A DNA stretch of 34,794 bases from a virus. Its lineage: Duplodnaviria; Caudoviricetes. Made by a program: the position numbers and the translations under genes. Location of the stretch: the IMG/VR virus record IMGVR_UViG_3300022742_000086, positions 1-34,794 of that record; one strand, written 5' to 3'. Of the stretch, positions 16,872-25,619 are shown piece by piece; within the stretch, counting starts at the first letter, position 1, and every line of letters begins with the position of its first letter. The notes beneath the pieces are model-generated. The model worked only from the letters and a program-made list of their open reading frames with translations. It was not told the DNA's origin and searched no databases.

Positions 16872-17198
16872 TTAGCTCTGTTCGCCGCCGTTGCCGCCGT
16901 TGCCGCCGGCGTTTACCTGCGCTGCAGCAGCGGCCGCAGCTGCTGCTGCAGCCTTGGCTTCACGGGCCTTGGCGGCGGCGAAGGCGCGGGCGGCGTCGAG
17001 CACTTCCTTGCTGGCGGTGTAGCGGCCGTCCTTGGTCGGGTCGTCGCTCTTGCTGACAAACAGCGCGCGGTTGATCTGACAGAGCTTGAGCGCCTGGTCT
17101 TTCGTAACCTCGACGATTTCGCTGCTGTCGACGTGCTGGCCGCCGCGGTCGTCGCCGTAGTTGACCTGCGTGGATTCGGTGATGAGGATTTTGGGCAT
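16872..17198 (-). CDS. Small capsid-adjacent protein with poly-Ala and NGG tail
   Basis: 108 aa, SD GGAG, directly after the major capsid gene. Confidence 0.7.
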   Translation of the reverse strand: MPKILITESTQVNYGDDRGGQHVDSSEIVEVTKDQALKLCQINRALFVSKSDDPTKDGRYTASKEVLDAARAFAAAKAREAKAAAAAAAAAAAQVNAGGNGGNGGEQS

Positions 17199-17225
17199 TT
17201 CGTTCTCCGGGTGCCGGGTGCCAAT

Positions 17226-17248
17226 CCGCCCGGCGCGATGCCGGGCGG
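17226..17248. other. Hairpin after the capsid gene (mRNA stabiliser or weak terminator)
   Basis: ccgcccggc-gcgat-gccgggcgg. Confidence 0.55.
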
Positions 17249-17267
17249 GATCGGTTGCGGGCGGGGG

Positions 17268-19397
17268 TTATTGGGTAAGCAGGTCCTTGACGACCGCGAA
17301 CGAGGCAGGGTTGCGAACATTGACATCAACATCCTGCAGCGCGATCACACGACGGCCGCCGCTGGTCGAGTTGGCGTAGGGGTCGAGCATGATGTCCAGG
17401 CCGCCCCACATCGCGATGATCATGTCGGACCAGTTCCCGAACGCGGCGGCCGAGCAGACGCCGTTCGAGGTGCCCTTGGTCAGGTTGCTCGGCACGGTGT
17501 TGGTGACAAACGCGTCATAGCCCAGGACCTCGCCCAGGCCGCGCTCGGCGCCGCTGGTCCACACGGCCTTGCCGTTGGTGCCGGTGAACTCCTGCGTCTT
17601 GCGCAGCTTGCCGCGGACCTTCGTGTTCGTGAGGTAGGCCAGGTTGCCGATATCGGCGTTAGCGTTCGAGACGGCCGTCTCGAGATCAACCATCGCGTCG
17701 TAGGTCGGCGCGCCGCCGTTGGCGCCCATGGCGACCGAGCCGAGGCCGGCCATGTTGAACAAGCCGGTCGGCATGTTGCCGGTGCCAGTGCCGTTCAGGG
17801 CGCCGTCCTGGATGCCCAGGGCCAGCTGCATCGCGAGATCCATGCGGACAAAGGCCTCGACGTCGAGCGACGACTGCAGCAGCAGGCGGCGGGTGTAGTC
17901 GGTGAAGGCGCCGATGGTTTTCGGCGTCAGCCCCACTTGACCGACGGTCTGCTGCGATTCGGTCGGCGCGTTGCCTTCGGCGATCCAGTAGGTCTGCGCG
18001 GTGCCAGTCTGCGACGGGATTGCGACGTTGCCGTTGAGGTCGCGCAGGAATGTGACGCCGAGGCGGTCGAGCACCATGGCGTTGCGCAGCAGGTCGATAA
18101 AGGCCGTGCCAAGCAGTTCGGTGGCGACCAGGTTGCCGCCGGCCGTCGGCGCGCCGACGTTGAGGTCGCGCACCATCTGCTGATACTGCAGCGAGCGGCG
18201 TTGCGCATTACCGATCAGATGGCGAGCAGCGGCAGCAGCTACCGCGTGATTGACCTGGATGCCGCGCGACAGGACATCCATCGGCAGGGTGATCGCGGCT
18301 TCGCGCTCCTTCTGCCGGATGTCGGCGCTATCGCGCTTGGCCTGCGCGGCGGCCGAGCACTCCATCTCAAACGGGGCCAGCTTGCGGGCATTGGCCGGGT
18401 CGTTCGCGGCGAGCAGCGCGCGACAGAACGAAAATTCCTGCAGGTCGCGTTCCGACATGCCGATCTCCGGCGACTCGGCGGTGCGCAGCTGACCGGCATC
18501 CTTGAGCTTGTCGAGAATCATCGTGCGGAAGGCGTCGACCGTTGTGCCGCTGTCGATATGCTGGTCGGCCAGGTCGCGCATGTTGAACTGCTGGCCGAGG
18601 GCACGGATGTCACGCGAGCGCTCGCGCTCGGCGACCAGCGGGTCCTGGCTGGTGGTACGGGTGGCGGTAGCGGTGGTGGTGGCCGCCGAGGCTTCTACGG
18701 GATCGGGCATGGTTCGTTCTCCTTGAACGGTTTGGGAAGTTTCCCCGGCGGTCGGGGCATCGAGCGAAATCACGCGGTAGCGGACTTCGGGATTCTTGGG
18801 GTCGGGCGCATCCATCGAGCGCCCGAGACCGACGGTGGCGTCGGCAGGGATATCAACCAGGCTGACTTCGTACGGCAGCCAGTTCGTTACGCGATACTCG
18901 TCGGCCTCGCCATCCTTGCCCTGGCGGACCAGGATGCGCTCGTTGATCAGGTAGCCGATCGAGACGTTACGGACAAGGCCGTCGACGATGTCCTGCCGCA
19001 GGTCGGCCAGGGCTTCGCGGCGGCTGATCGCGATGTCGATCTCCTGCTTGTCGCCGATCAGGCGGGCGGCTTCAATCGCGCCGATGCCGGCGAGCGGCGT
19101 GTTGCCGACGGCGTTCCAGCGATTGTGATTAGCCAGCAGGACACCGGCGCCGCCGTTGAAGCGTGAGAGATCGCACTCGTCAGGCTTGTGCCCCAGCACC
19201 TCGATCCACGGATCATCCCACCAGTTATCGCGCAGGTACGGGATTTCGGACGAACAGGTGATCGTCAGGCGCATCAAGCCGTCGTCTTCGCCGGTTGATC
19301 CGTCGGCGGCCGGATCGATCGAGCGCAGACGGATCGACGCCGGCATCTGGCGATGCAGGGCACCTTCGATTTTTGAGCGTTGATTGGTATTGGGCAT
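17268..19397 (-). CDS. Prohead protease-major capsid protein fusion (HK97 fold); internal capsid start at 18710
   Basis: Protease motifs LLANH, VSIGY, PYEVSLVDIPAD; capsid motifs GGNLVAT, WIAEG, AFGNWSD; AAGGAG upstream of internal ATG 18710. Confidence 0.92.
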   Translation of the reverse strand: MPNTNQRSKIEGALHRQMPASIRLRSIDPAADGSTGEDDGLMRLTITCSSEIPYLRDNWWDDPWIEVLGHKPDECDLSRFNGGAGVLLANHNRWNAVGNTPLAGIGAIEAARLIGDKQEIDIAISRREALADLRQDIVDGLVRNVSIGYLINERILVRQGKDGEADEYRVTNWLPYEVSLVDIPADATVGLGRSMDAPDPKNPEVRYRVISLDAPTAGETSQTVQGERTMPDPVEASAATTTATATRTTSQDPLVAERERSRDIRALGQQFNMRDLADQHIDSGTTVDAFRTMILDKLKDAGQLRTAESPEIGMSERDLQEFSFCRALLAANDPANARKLAPFEMECSAAAQAKRDSADIRQKEREAAITLPMDVLSRGIQVNHAVAAAAARHLIGNAQRRSLQYQQMVRDLNVGAPTAGGNLVATELLGTAFIDLLRNAMVLDRLGVTFLRDLNGNVAIPSQTGTAQTYWIAEGNAPTESQQTVGQVGLTPKTIGAFTDYTRRLLLQSSLDVEAFVRMDLAMQLALGIQDGALNGTGTGNMPTGLFNMAGLGSVAMGANGGAPTYDAMVDLETAVSNANADIGNLAYLTNTKVRGKLRKTQEFTGTNGKAVWTSGAERGLGEVLGYDAFVTNTVPSNLTKGTSNGVCSAAAFGNWSDMIIAMWGGLDIMLDPYANSTSGGRRVIALQDVDVNVRNPASFAVVKDLLTQ

Positions 19398-19448
19398 GTC
19401 GGCAGTCTCGGTTTTTCAGGGGGACAAAAATAGGCAAAAAAGGTCCGC
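19398..19448 (-). promoter_or_regulatory. Putative late promoter 2: 27-bp box, 12 nt, GAGACT, 6 nt, ATG
   Basis: Box 19422-19448; fills the portal-protease intergenic gap. Confidence 0.7.
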
Positions 19449-19449
19449 G

Positions 19450-21060
19450 CTATTTCGGCGGTTTCTTGCCCGAGGTATCGGCCGCGGCATCGGCTGCAGC
19501 ATCGGCAGGATCGGGCGCCGGTGCGTTGCCGCCGGCCGGACCGAAGCGCTTTTCTTCCTCTTCGATCTCCGCAAAGACTTCGTCCGGGTCTTCGTTTCGG
19601 TCGAGCAGGATTCGGCGGCGAGAGGTAAGGCGGTTTTTGAGATCGGTGTCGTTTGCGCTGGCGGTCTTGGTCGGGTCGACATGCGACCAGCGGCGGCCGG
19701 GGAAATAGGCGGCGGCCTGGTAAGTGGCGAGCATCGCCGGGCGCAGGCCGGGCGTGGCGGCGACCAGGTAGGGCAACACGGTAGCGCGGACATCATCATG
19801 CAGCCAGCTGCGCAGGATGCCCTGCAGGCGCTTGAAATGTTCGCGCTCGCCGACAATGCCGACGTTTGCACTGGAGTAGTTCACGCCCTCCAGGTCATTA
19901 CCGATCGTCACATAGCTGATGCCGCGGGCGGCCGACCAGCCGCGCAGCTGCTGCTTGACGTAGCCGTCGGCGGAGACGTCCGGCCACTTTGATTCAAACG
20001 GCTTGAAATCGTAGCCCTGCGGCAGGGTGTCATACTGCCCGGGCATCGTGGTGCTGTACTTCTCGGCCGCGGCAGTCAGCTGCTGCACCTCTTCCGGCGT
20101 CAGCACCTTGCCCTGCGCCTTCGCCGCTTCCATCACCCCGGAGATGATCACATCGGCGAAGCCGGCCGGGGCCTCGCCGTCGACCGACGTGAAAAAGCCC
20201 TGACGCTTGGCGGCGTTGCTGCTGGCCACCGCCGCCGCCTCTTCAAAATCGTGCAGCATCCAGAGCCGGCGAGCACCGCCGGAAAGCCACGGGTAGCCGC
20301 GCAGCTGGCCGACGTGACGACGGACAAAGCGGTGCCGGATCTCGCCGGCCGGGATGCGGACATGCGGGCCGATGGCCATGGCCGTCGCATCCTCGCCGGC
20401 CTTGACGGCCTTGAGCCAGTAGGCGACCGGCCGGCCGTCGTTATCGATCTCGATTCCCATGCGGACACGGTTGCCGCCCCAGTCGCGACGCAGATTGACG
20501 TCGATCAGCGCCGGGTCGAGCAGCTGCAGCTGGATGCGATACTTGCCGGCGCCGATCCGCCAGCGATACAGCAGTTCGCCGTCCTCCGGGCCGGCAGCCA
20601 GGGCCAGGGATTCGACCTCCCGAAAACTGAGGCCGGTGATTTCGCAATCCGCCCCCCAGTCGGAAAAGGCCGATTCGAGGCGATCATTGTTGACCTTGTC
20701 TGCCGTGCCGTCCGTCTGCTTGAGCCGCATCTGCAGCGGCATGCCGTGCTCGCCGAGTACATTGTCGTCGAGCCGCAGCATGTAGCCGATCGCCCACTCG
20801 TCGTTGCGAGCGGCGGCCCGGGCGCGGGCGCGCAGGGTCGGCAGCTGGCGGGCGAGGTCATCATTGATCGGGCCGGCGGTGGTCGGCCAGCTATCGACCC
20901 AAGCCGGCGTCTCGGCGGCGGCGAAACTGCGCTGTGCCTGGCGCAGGCCGATCAGCTGCTGATGCTGGACGGCGGCCGCGGCATCGCGCAGGGCGCCGGA
21001 CATCCAGGCCGCACGGTCGGCGGCGGATTCGCGACGGCGGAAGAGATCGCGTAGGCCCAT
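19450..21060 (-). CDS. Portal protein, lambda family
   Basis: LRARAR..ARND, GRPVAYW, GQLRGYP, D...VNYSS and VDP.K motifs. Confidence 0.93.
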   Translation of the reverse strand: MGLRDLFRRRESAADRAAWMSGALRDAAAAVQHQQLIGLRQAQRSFAAAETPAWVDSWPTTAGPINDDLARQLPTLRARARAAARNDEWAIGYMLRLDDNVLGEHGMPLQMRLKQTDGTADKVNNDRLESAFSDWGADCEITGLSFREVESLALAAGPEDGELLYRWRIGAGKYRIQLQLLDPALIDVNLRRDWGGNRVRMGIEIDNDGRPVAYWLKAVKAGEDATAMAIGPHVRIPAGEIRHRFVRRHVGQLRGYPWLSGGARRLWMLHDFEEAAAVASSNAAKRQGFFTSVDGEAPAGFADVIISGVMEAAKAQGKVLTPEEVQQLTAAAEKYSTTMPGQYDTLPQGYDFKPFESKWPDVSADGYVKQQLRGWSAARGISYVTIGNDLEGVNYSSANVGIVGEREHFKRLQGILRSWLHDDVRATVLPYLVAATPGLRPAMLATYQAAAYFPGRRWSHVDPTKTASANDTDLKNRLTSRRRILLDRNEDPDEVFAEIEEEEKRFGPAGGNAPAPDPADAAADAAADTSGKKPPK

Positions 21061-21062
21061 AG

Positions 21063-21608
21063 TCAGCCCCGGTAATAGACGCGGCCGGGCGTGCTGCCGC
21101 CGGAGATCAACGCCATGGCGGCGTTCTCGCGGGCGACCAGCGGCCGGTAGTGATTGATCAACTCGACGATCTGCGCCGCGTCGCGGAATTTGAGCTTGCG
21201 GCCGGCGATCTCGTATTCGGCGACCATGCCCTTGCCGCCGGCCAGGTAAGCCGCAAGCGCCGCCTCGGCAGCATCCAGCGCGCGCCGATTAAGGCTCCGG
21301 CCATCGTGCTGCGCGGCCGACGTCAGATCCGGCAGGATTGTGACCGGGTTGCTCGATAGGGTTTTTTTCGCGCCGGAGTGCTCGACCCAGCGGACCAGCG
21401 TCGCCGGGCCTGCTGCCCAGGTGGCGGTATCCGCCGACGACAGGGTAACGGTGTAGCCGTCACCGGACGGCGCCCCGTTGAATTGCGCATTGCCGGTCGA
21501 CCAGAGCAACCGGAAGTGCAGGGACCAGCCATCGGCCGGCAGGTAGTCGGGCAGCGACTCAGACCAGGTGATCGAGTCGCCAGCGCGGAAGGTGTCGGGA
21601 GTATCCAT
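21063..21608 (-). CDS. Head-tail adaptor (gpW-like C-terminus)
   Basis: EYEIAGRKLK motif; immediately upstream of the portal. Confidence 0.75.
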   Translation of the reverse strand: MDTPDTFRAGDSITWSESLPDYLPADGWSLHFRLLWSTGNAQFNGAPSGDGYTVTLSSADTATWAAGPATLVRWVEHSGAKKTLSSNPVTILPDLTSAAQHDGRSLNRRALDAAEAALAAYLAGGKGMVAEYEIAGRKLKFRDAAQIVELINHYRPLVARENAAMALISGGSTPGRVYYRG

Positions 21609-21660
21609 GCGCGCAGTGTCTGCGCGGATGGGGGGACAAAAATAGGCAAAAAAGGTCCGC
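21609..21660 (-). promoter_or_regulatory. Putative late promoter 1: 27-bp box, 13 nt, GACACT, 6 nt, ATG
   Basis: Box 21634-21660. Confidence 0.7.
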
Positions 21661-21675
21661 GGATGGATCGGGCGA

Positions 21676-21960
21676 TCAGGGCGGGCAGAGCATCGCCGCG
21701 AGGCGGTCTAGCTGATCGTCGCCGCTGGGCGGCACGCCGCCGCACTGGCGGATGGCATGCGCGACACACGTGCGCAGCATCCAGTCCTGGACGGGCTGAG
21801 GAATTGGGCGTTCTGCTCGACGCCACTTGCTGAGGTAGTTGGTCGTGTATCGCGCGCCGAGGTCGGCATTGATCGACTCAATAATTGCCGTGGCCGCAGT
21901 GCGGTCAGTGTGGCCGAGCTGCTTGATGGCGTCGACGGTGGATTTGACGAGGTCATACAT
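21676..21960 (-). CDS. Small HTH-like protein, last gene of the accessory operon (Aca-like candidate)
   Basis: 94 aa from MYDLVK; NYLSKWRRAERPIPQPV resembles an XRE recognition helix followed by a W..G.R.IP-type motif. Confidence 0.6.
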   Translation of the reverse strand: MYDLVKSTVDAIKQLGHTDRTAATAIIESINADLGARYTTNYLSKWRRAERPIPQPVQDWMLRTCVAHAIRQCGGVPPSGDDQLDRLAAMLCPP

Positions 21961-22459
21961 GGTCCGCATCCCCGAGTGCCGGGTTGCGCGTGACCCATGC
22001 CCAGGCGATACAACGCTCCAGATCACCGAGCCACTGCAGTGCGTCCAGGTAGCCTACGATGGTGTCGTGTATAGCTACCGCGACCCATGGCGCGGCCGGC
22101 GCAGTAATGCCTGGCTTGCTGCCAAAATTGGCCTGCAGGCTAGCCCAGAGGTCGACCGACTCTCGCGAGCGCTGGGCAATCCCGAGAGTTGCCAGCGGTA
22201 ACCATTCGCCGCTATGCGGCCGACCCGGCGTGTGCGGGCCGCGGGGCCCATAAATCGTAACGACGAGACCAATGTCTTTGACCACACGGGCGCCGAAGTG
22301 AGATAGCGGCGCCACGGGCAACGGTTCAATTTTGCCGCTGGATCGCGCCTGGTTGAGCCAGGGCACAAGGACGGCAAGCGTCTCATCATGGACCTCAGAC
22401 CGCGGAGAGCGACGGCAATCGCCGGTGCCGAGAGTGATGTGGTTGATGTAGTTAGACAT
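21953..22459 (-). CDS. Hypothetical protein (accessory operon gene 3)
   Basis: 168 aa; overlaps both neighbours by 8 nt. Confidence 0.7.
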   Translation of the reverse strand: MSNYINHITLGTGDCRRSPRSEVHDETLAVLVPWLNQARSSGKIEPLPVAPLSHFGARVVKDIGLVVTIYGPRGPHTPGRPHSGEWLPLATLGIAQRSRESVDLWASLQANFGSKPGITAPAAPWVAVAIHDTIVGYLDALQWLGDLERCIAWAWVTRNPALGDADHV

Positions 22460-22670
22460 TTAAGGTACGTGTCTTGACGTCGCCGTGAGAATTCCAGGCC
22501 TGGAAGAGACGGCCATCCGAAAGGTCGACAGAGGCAGCTGTTTCATTTCGGTAGCCGCTTTGGACAAAATCCTTGATTTCGCTCATGGCCTGCTGATCGG
22601 TTTTAGCCTTAAGCGTGAGGGTGCCGCCGACGTTATTTTCGCCATGCGAATAGGTTGCCGTATAGCTCAT
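22452..22670 (-). CDS. Hypothetical protein (accessory operon gene 2)
   Basis: 72 aa; SD AAGGGG. Confidence 0.75.
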   Translation of the reverse strand: MSYTATYSHGENNVGGTLTLKAKTDQQAMSEIKDFVQSGYRNETAASVDLSDGRLFQAWNSHGDVKTRTLNV

Positions 22671-22715
22671 GTTTTTCCCCTTCAGATTGGCCCGGAGATA
22701 TCCGGGCCTTGACTG

Positions 22716-23015
22716 TTAAGCAAGCTGCGCCTTTGCGTGGGCGATACTATCTTCGATGATTTTCCGGCCGAAAGGATCTGTGACCTTTTCCAGGCGGGCC
22801 AGGTCTTTTTCGAGGTTTGCGCGAAGAGCGCTTTCGCGAATGTTGTTGCCGCGCATGTCCTTGAGCAGACGGTCAGATTTTTGCTGTTCGGCGGCCGCGA
22901 TTTTCTCAGCTGGCTTTTCTTCAGCGGAAATCCACTTTTTATGCGGGTTGTACCCTTCGCCACCTTCGTTGAAAAAGTCGTTGTACTTTTTCCATTCCGG
23001 GTTGAGCTTGAACAT
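22716..23015 (-). CDS. Hypothetical protein (accessory operon gene 1)
   Basis: 99 aa from MFKLNPEW, SD CAGGAG; YN...NEGGEGYNP motif, highly charged. Confidence 0.75.
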   Translation of the reverse strand: MFKLNPEWKKYNDFFNEGGEGYNPHKKWISAEEKPAEKIAAAEQQKSDRLLKDMRGNNIRESALRANLEKDLARLEKVTDPFGRKIIEDSIAHAKAQLA

Positions 23016-23072
23016 TTTTTTCTCCTGCCTACTACCGGAGGCGTCGGGGATCAGCGCTATTGCTGAATCCAT

Positions 23073-23106
23073 GGCTCTATTATAGGTCAATTTTGACCCA
23101 TTGCAA
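23073..23106 (-). promoter_or_regulatory. Sigma70 promoter TTGCAA-16-TATAAT with palindromic operator in the spacer
   Basis: -35 at 23101-23106, -10 at 23079-23084, inverted repeat GGTCAA-N2-TTGACC at 23085-23098. Confidence 0.8.
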
Positions 23107-23125
23107 CCCCCTGAGAAAAATATTT

Positions 23126-23377
23126 TCAGAGCAGTTTTTTCAGGCGCCGGACATGGCGGATGCTGACCCCGAGCTTTTCTGACAGCGCCGCCGTATCCTG
23201 GTCGGCGCAGGCTTCAAGCGCCGCCAGAATGGACCCTTTTTTTTGTGCTGCGATGTACGGGCGGGAGGCCCCGAAGTGCGTGCGGATGCTACGCTCAAGC
23301 GCAGACCAGGCGTGCGGCGGGATGTCTGGGCAATCCCGCTTGGCTTGCTCCAAGATATCGCGCAGGTCGTCAGCCAC
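23126..23377 (-). CDS. Mor/C-like transcriptional activator
   Basis: HFGASRPYI (compare the FGG...YIP pattern of Mor/C) and C-terminal HTH LSEKLGVSIRHVRRL; overlaps the terL stop. Confidence 0.65.
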   Translation of the reverse strand: MADDLRDILEQAKRDCPDIPPHAWSALERSIRTHFGASRPYIAAQKKGSILAALEACADQDTAALSEKLGVSIRHVRRLKKLL

Positions 23378-25604
23378 GGCGACCTCCTCGGCGGTTGCGC
23401 ATCATCGCTTCCCAGGCCTGCTTATACCCGGCGGAAGTCATCAGGTCGGTCACAGTTGGCGCAGCTTCTGACGAGCTTTCCGGCGACGCGGCCGCCGGCG
23501 CCACAGGTGCAGACGCCTGTACTGGCGCCGCCGGGGTTTCCGCTGGTTCGGTTTTTTGCGATTCCGGCTGGTCGACCGTGGTCGGCAGCAGCACGCCCTG
23601 GCGCAGCCGGATCTCGTCCAGGTCCCATTGACCCGGCCGGCGCAGGTGCAGCTTGAGGTGCCGGCACAGGTAGACGGCGTAGACCGTGCAGTCCAGCCCC
23701 TCGTTGCGGCGGTCGGTGCGCGCCTTCCAGCGCCGGCGCTTGGGGTTGAGCCGGTCGGGAATCTTGATCTCGCTCAGCAGCTGCTCGAAGAAGTCGTCGC
23801 GAACGCCCTCATACCAGTGCATCCGGCCGGCGCCGCTGCCCTCGAGGCGAACCCGGCCGCCCTCGGTCGCCCAGCCGAGGATCAGATCCTTGGCCTTCGC
23901 GGTGCCGACGATATGCACCTGGACGCCGGCCTTGCTCGCCTTGGTCGCCTTGCGGTTCGGATCGATGGCCTTCGGCGGCGTCCAGATTTCGACCCGGCCG
24001 ACGTCGTCGGGCGCGCCCTTGAGCGCGAGCACCGGGCGGTTGACGCCGCGGTCATGCCGGCGGACGAAGGCGTAAGAGGCCTCGCTGGTCTGGCCGTCGG
24101 AACAGTCAATGCCGCTGGCGGCGATGCGCAGCGGCACGCCGGCGGCGGTGTTGATCGTCTGGTTATCCAGGATCTGCTGCAGCTCGACCCAGGCGCCGGC
24201 GTGCGGCACGATGGTCTGGCCGAAGACCTCGCCCCAGTACGCGAGCCACATTTCCTCGCCGCGGCCGACGACCCAGCAGGTCAGCGCCAGGCGGTCGTGC
24301 TGCACGTCGACGGTAAGCAGCGGGATCAGGGCGCCGGCCGGCACGCTCCATTCGGCGTAGCGCTCGGCGCGCTTGCGCAGCTCGTCCTCCTCCGGCAGCT
24401 CGCCGGAGTATTCCCAGCAGCGGCCGCGCGTCGAGTTCTCGAACGTGACCATCTCGGTCGCGTCGCCCTGCTCGAGCAGGTTGAGCGCGCGCAGGTATTT
24501 CTCGGCGAGCATCGGCACACGCGAGCCGTCGAAAACGCTCTGCAGCTCGTTGCAGTAAAAGCCGGGGTCCGGCGCGTCGGCGGTCGGTTCCCAGCCGTAG
24601 AGCGGCGGCACCGACGCGGCCTTGCGGATGTTCGCGATACGCTGGTCGTCGGTCCAGATGCTGCCGCAGTGCGGGCAGCTGTAGTAGGCGTCCTCGTGCC
24701 GGGCGCGGCCGTAGACCTCGCGCGACGGGTAGCGCTGATCGATGTCCGGCGCCGCCAGTTCCTCCGGCGTGAGGTTTAGGCCAGGGATTGTGACGTGCGC
24801 CCACTCGACTTCGTGGCGCTCGCCGCAGTCGTGGCAGGCGGCCATGAAGCGGCGCTGGTCGGTCGTCCGCATCTCCTGCTCGATCTCGGATGCGCCCTTC
24901 GCCGTCGGCGATCCGCCGATCAGTTCGAAGTTGTTGCGGATACTCTTGCCGCGCTCGCGCAGCATCGCGATCGACTTGCCCTGCCCCTTGACATCCTTGT
25001 TCGTATCGTCCGGCTCTTCGACGATGCGGATCTTCGCCGAGGTCGACTTGACGTCACTCGGCGAGTTCGACGCGACGAGCTTGATCAGCCCGCCCGGGTA
25101 GTGCTTGCGCGTCTGGCTGTTGCCGTCGCTGCGGCTCTTGAGCTTGATGCGCTTGGCCAGCACGGGCGTCGCACGCACCATCGGCGCGAACTTCTCGGCG
25201 TCGAAATCCTTGGCAGACTTTTCACGCGGGAACATGACGACCTGCACGCAGGGTTCCCAATGTACGTGGTAACCAAGGACGTTGCAGACGATGCCGGCGG
25301 TGTAGCCCAGCTGGGCAGACTTCTGGACAACGACGCGCCGGTTGATCGTCGGATCGCACGCCGCAAGGATGCCGCGCAGCGCCGGCGTATTCTCCAGCGA
25401 GTAGGGGCCGGCGAAGTCGTTGGCCTCCTCGCGGCTGAGCGTCCGGTACGTCTCCGCCCACTCGATCGGCGACAACGGCGGCGGCGGCTGCAGCTCGGCA
25501 AAGCACCGCTTGAGCATCGCATTCAGCGCCGTCGACGCCCAGCCGTCCAGGGCAGCGATGTCGTACGCGTCGAGGGTTTTATAGGAGACGGGTGGGGCGT
25601 TCAT
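23370..25604 (-). CDS. Terminase large subunit, lambda gpA family
   Basis: QKSAQLGYT Walker A, GSPT, CHDCG/CPHCG, TVDVQ and RNEGLDC motifs. Confidence 0.95.
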   Translation of the reverse strand: MNAPPVSYKTLDAYDIAALDGWASTALNAMLKRCFAELQPPPPLSPIEWAETYRTLSREEANDFAGPYSLENTPALRGILAACDPTINRRVVVQKSAQLGYTAGIVCNVLGYHVHWEPCVQVVMFPREKSAKDFDAEKFAPMVRATPVLAKRIKLKSRSDGNSQTRKHYPGGLIKLVASNSPSDVKSTSAKIRIVEEPDDTNKDVKGQGKSIAMLRERGKSIRNNFELIGGSPTAKGASEIEQEMRTTDQRRFMAACHDCGERHEVEWAHVTIPGLNLTPEELAAPDIDQRYPSREVYGRARHEDAYYSCPHCGSIWTDDQRIANIRKAASVPPLYGWEPTADAPDPGFYCNELQSVFDGSRVPMLAEKYLRALNLLEQGDATEMVTFENSTRGRCWEYSGELPEEDELRKRAERYAEWSVPAGALIPLLTVDVQHDRLALTCWVVGRGEEMWLAYWGEVFGQTIVPHAGAWVELQQILDNQTINTAAGVPLRIAASGIDCSDGQTSEASYAFVRRHDRGVNRPVLALKGAPDDVGRVEIWTPPKAIDPNRKATKASKAGVQVHIVGTAKAKDLILGWATEGGRVRLEGSGAGRMHWYEGVRDDFFEQLLSEIKIPDRLNPKRRRWKARTDRRNEGLDCTVYAVYLCRHLKLHLRRPGQWDLDEIRLRQGVLLPTTVDQPESQKTEPAETPAAPVQASAPVAPAAASPESSSEAAPTVTDLMTSAGYKQAWEAMMRNRRGGRRG

Positions 25605-25619
25605 TTTTATACGGGTAAA

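Noticed and set aside
16880-16990. Poly-Ala and NGG repeats as a contingency locus
   Set aside because: In-frame, mixed-codon low-complexity tail.
12635-21660. 27-bp boxes as terminators, att sites or transposon ends
   Set aside because: Stems are only 4-7 bp with a long loop, spacing to the ATG is fixed, and they flank essential genes in direct orientation with no recombinase nearby.
23018-23045. TAGGCAGGAGAAA as a type I-F repeat mimic
   Set aside because: Lacks the CTGCC arm needed for the Cas6f stem; explained by the SD.
23231-23248. GGACCCTTTTTTTTGTGC as a fourth late box
   Set aside because: Partial match, opposite orientation, inside a coding region.
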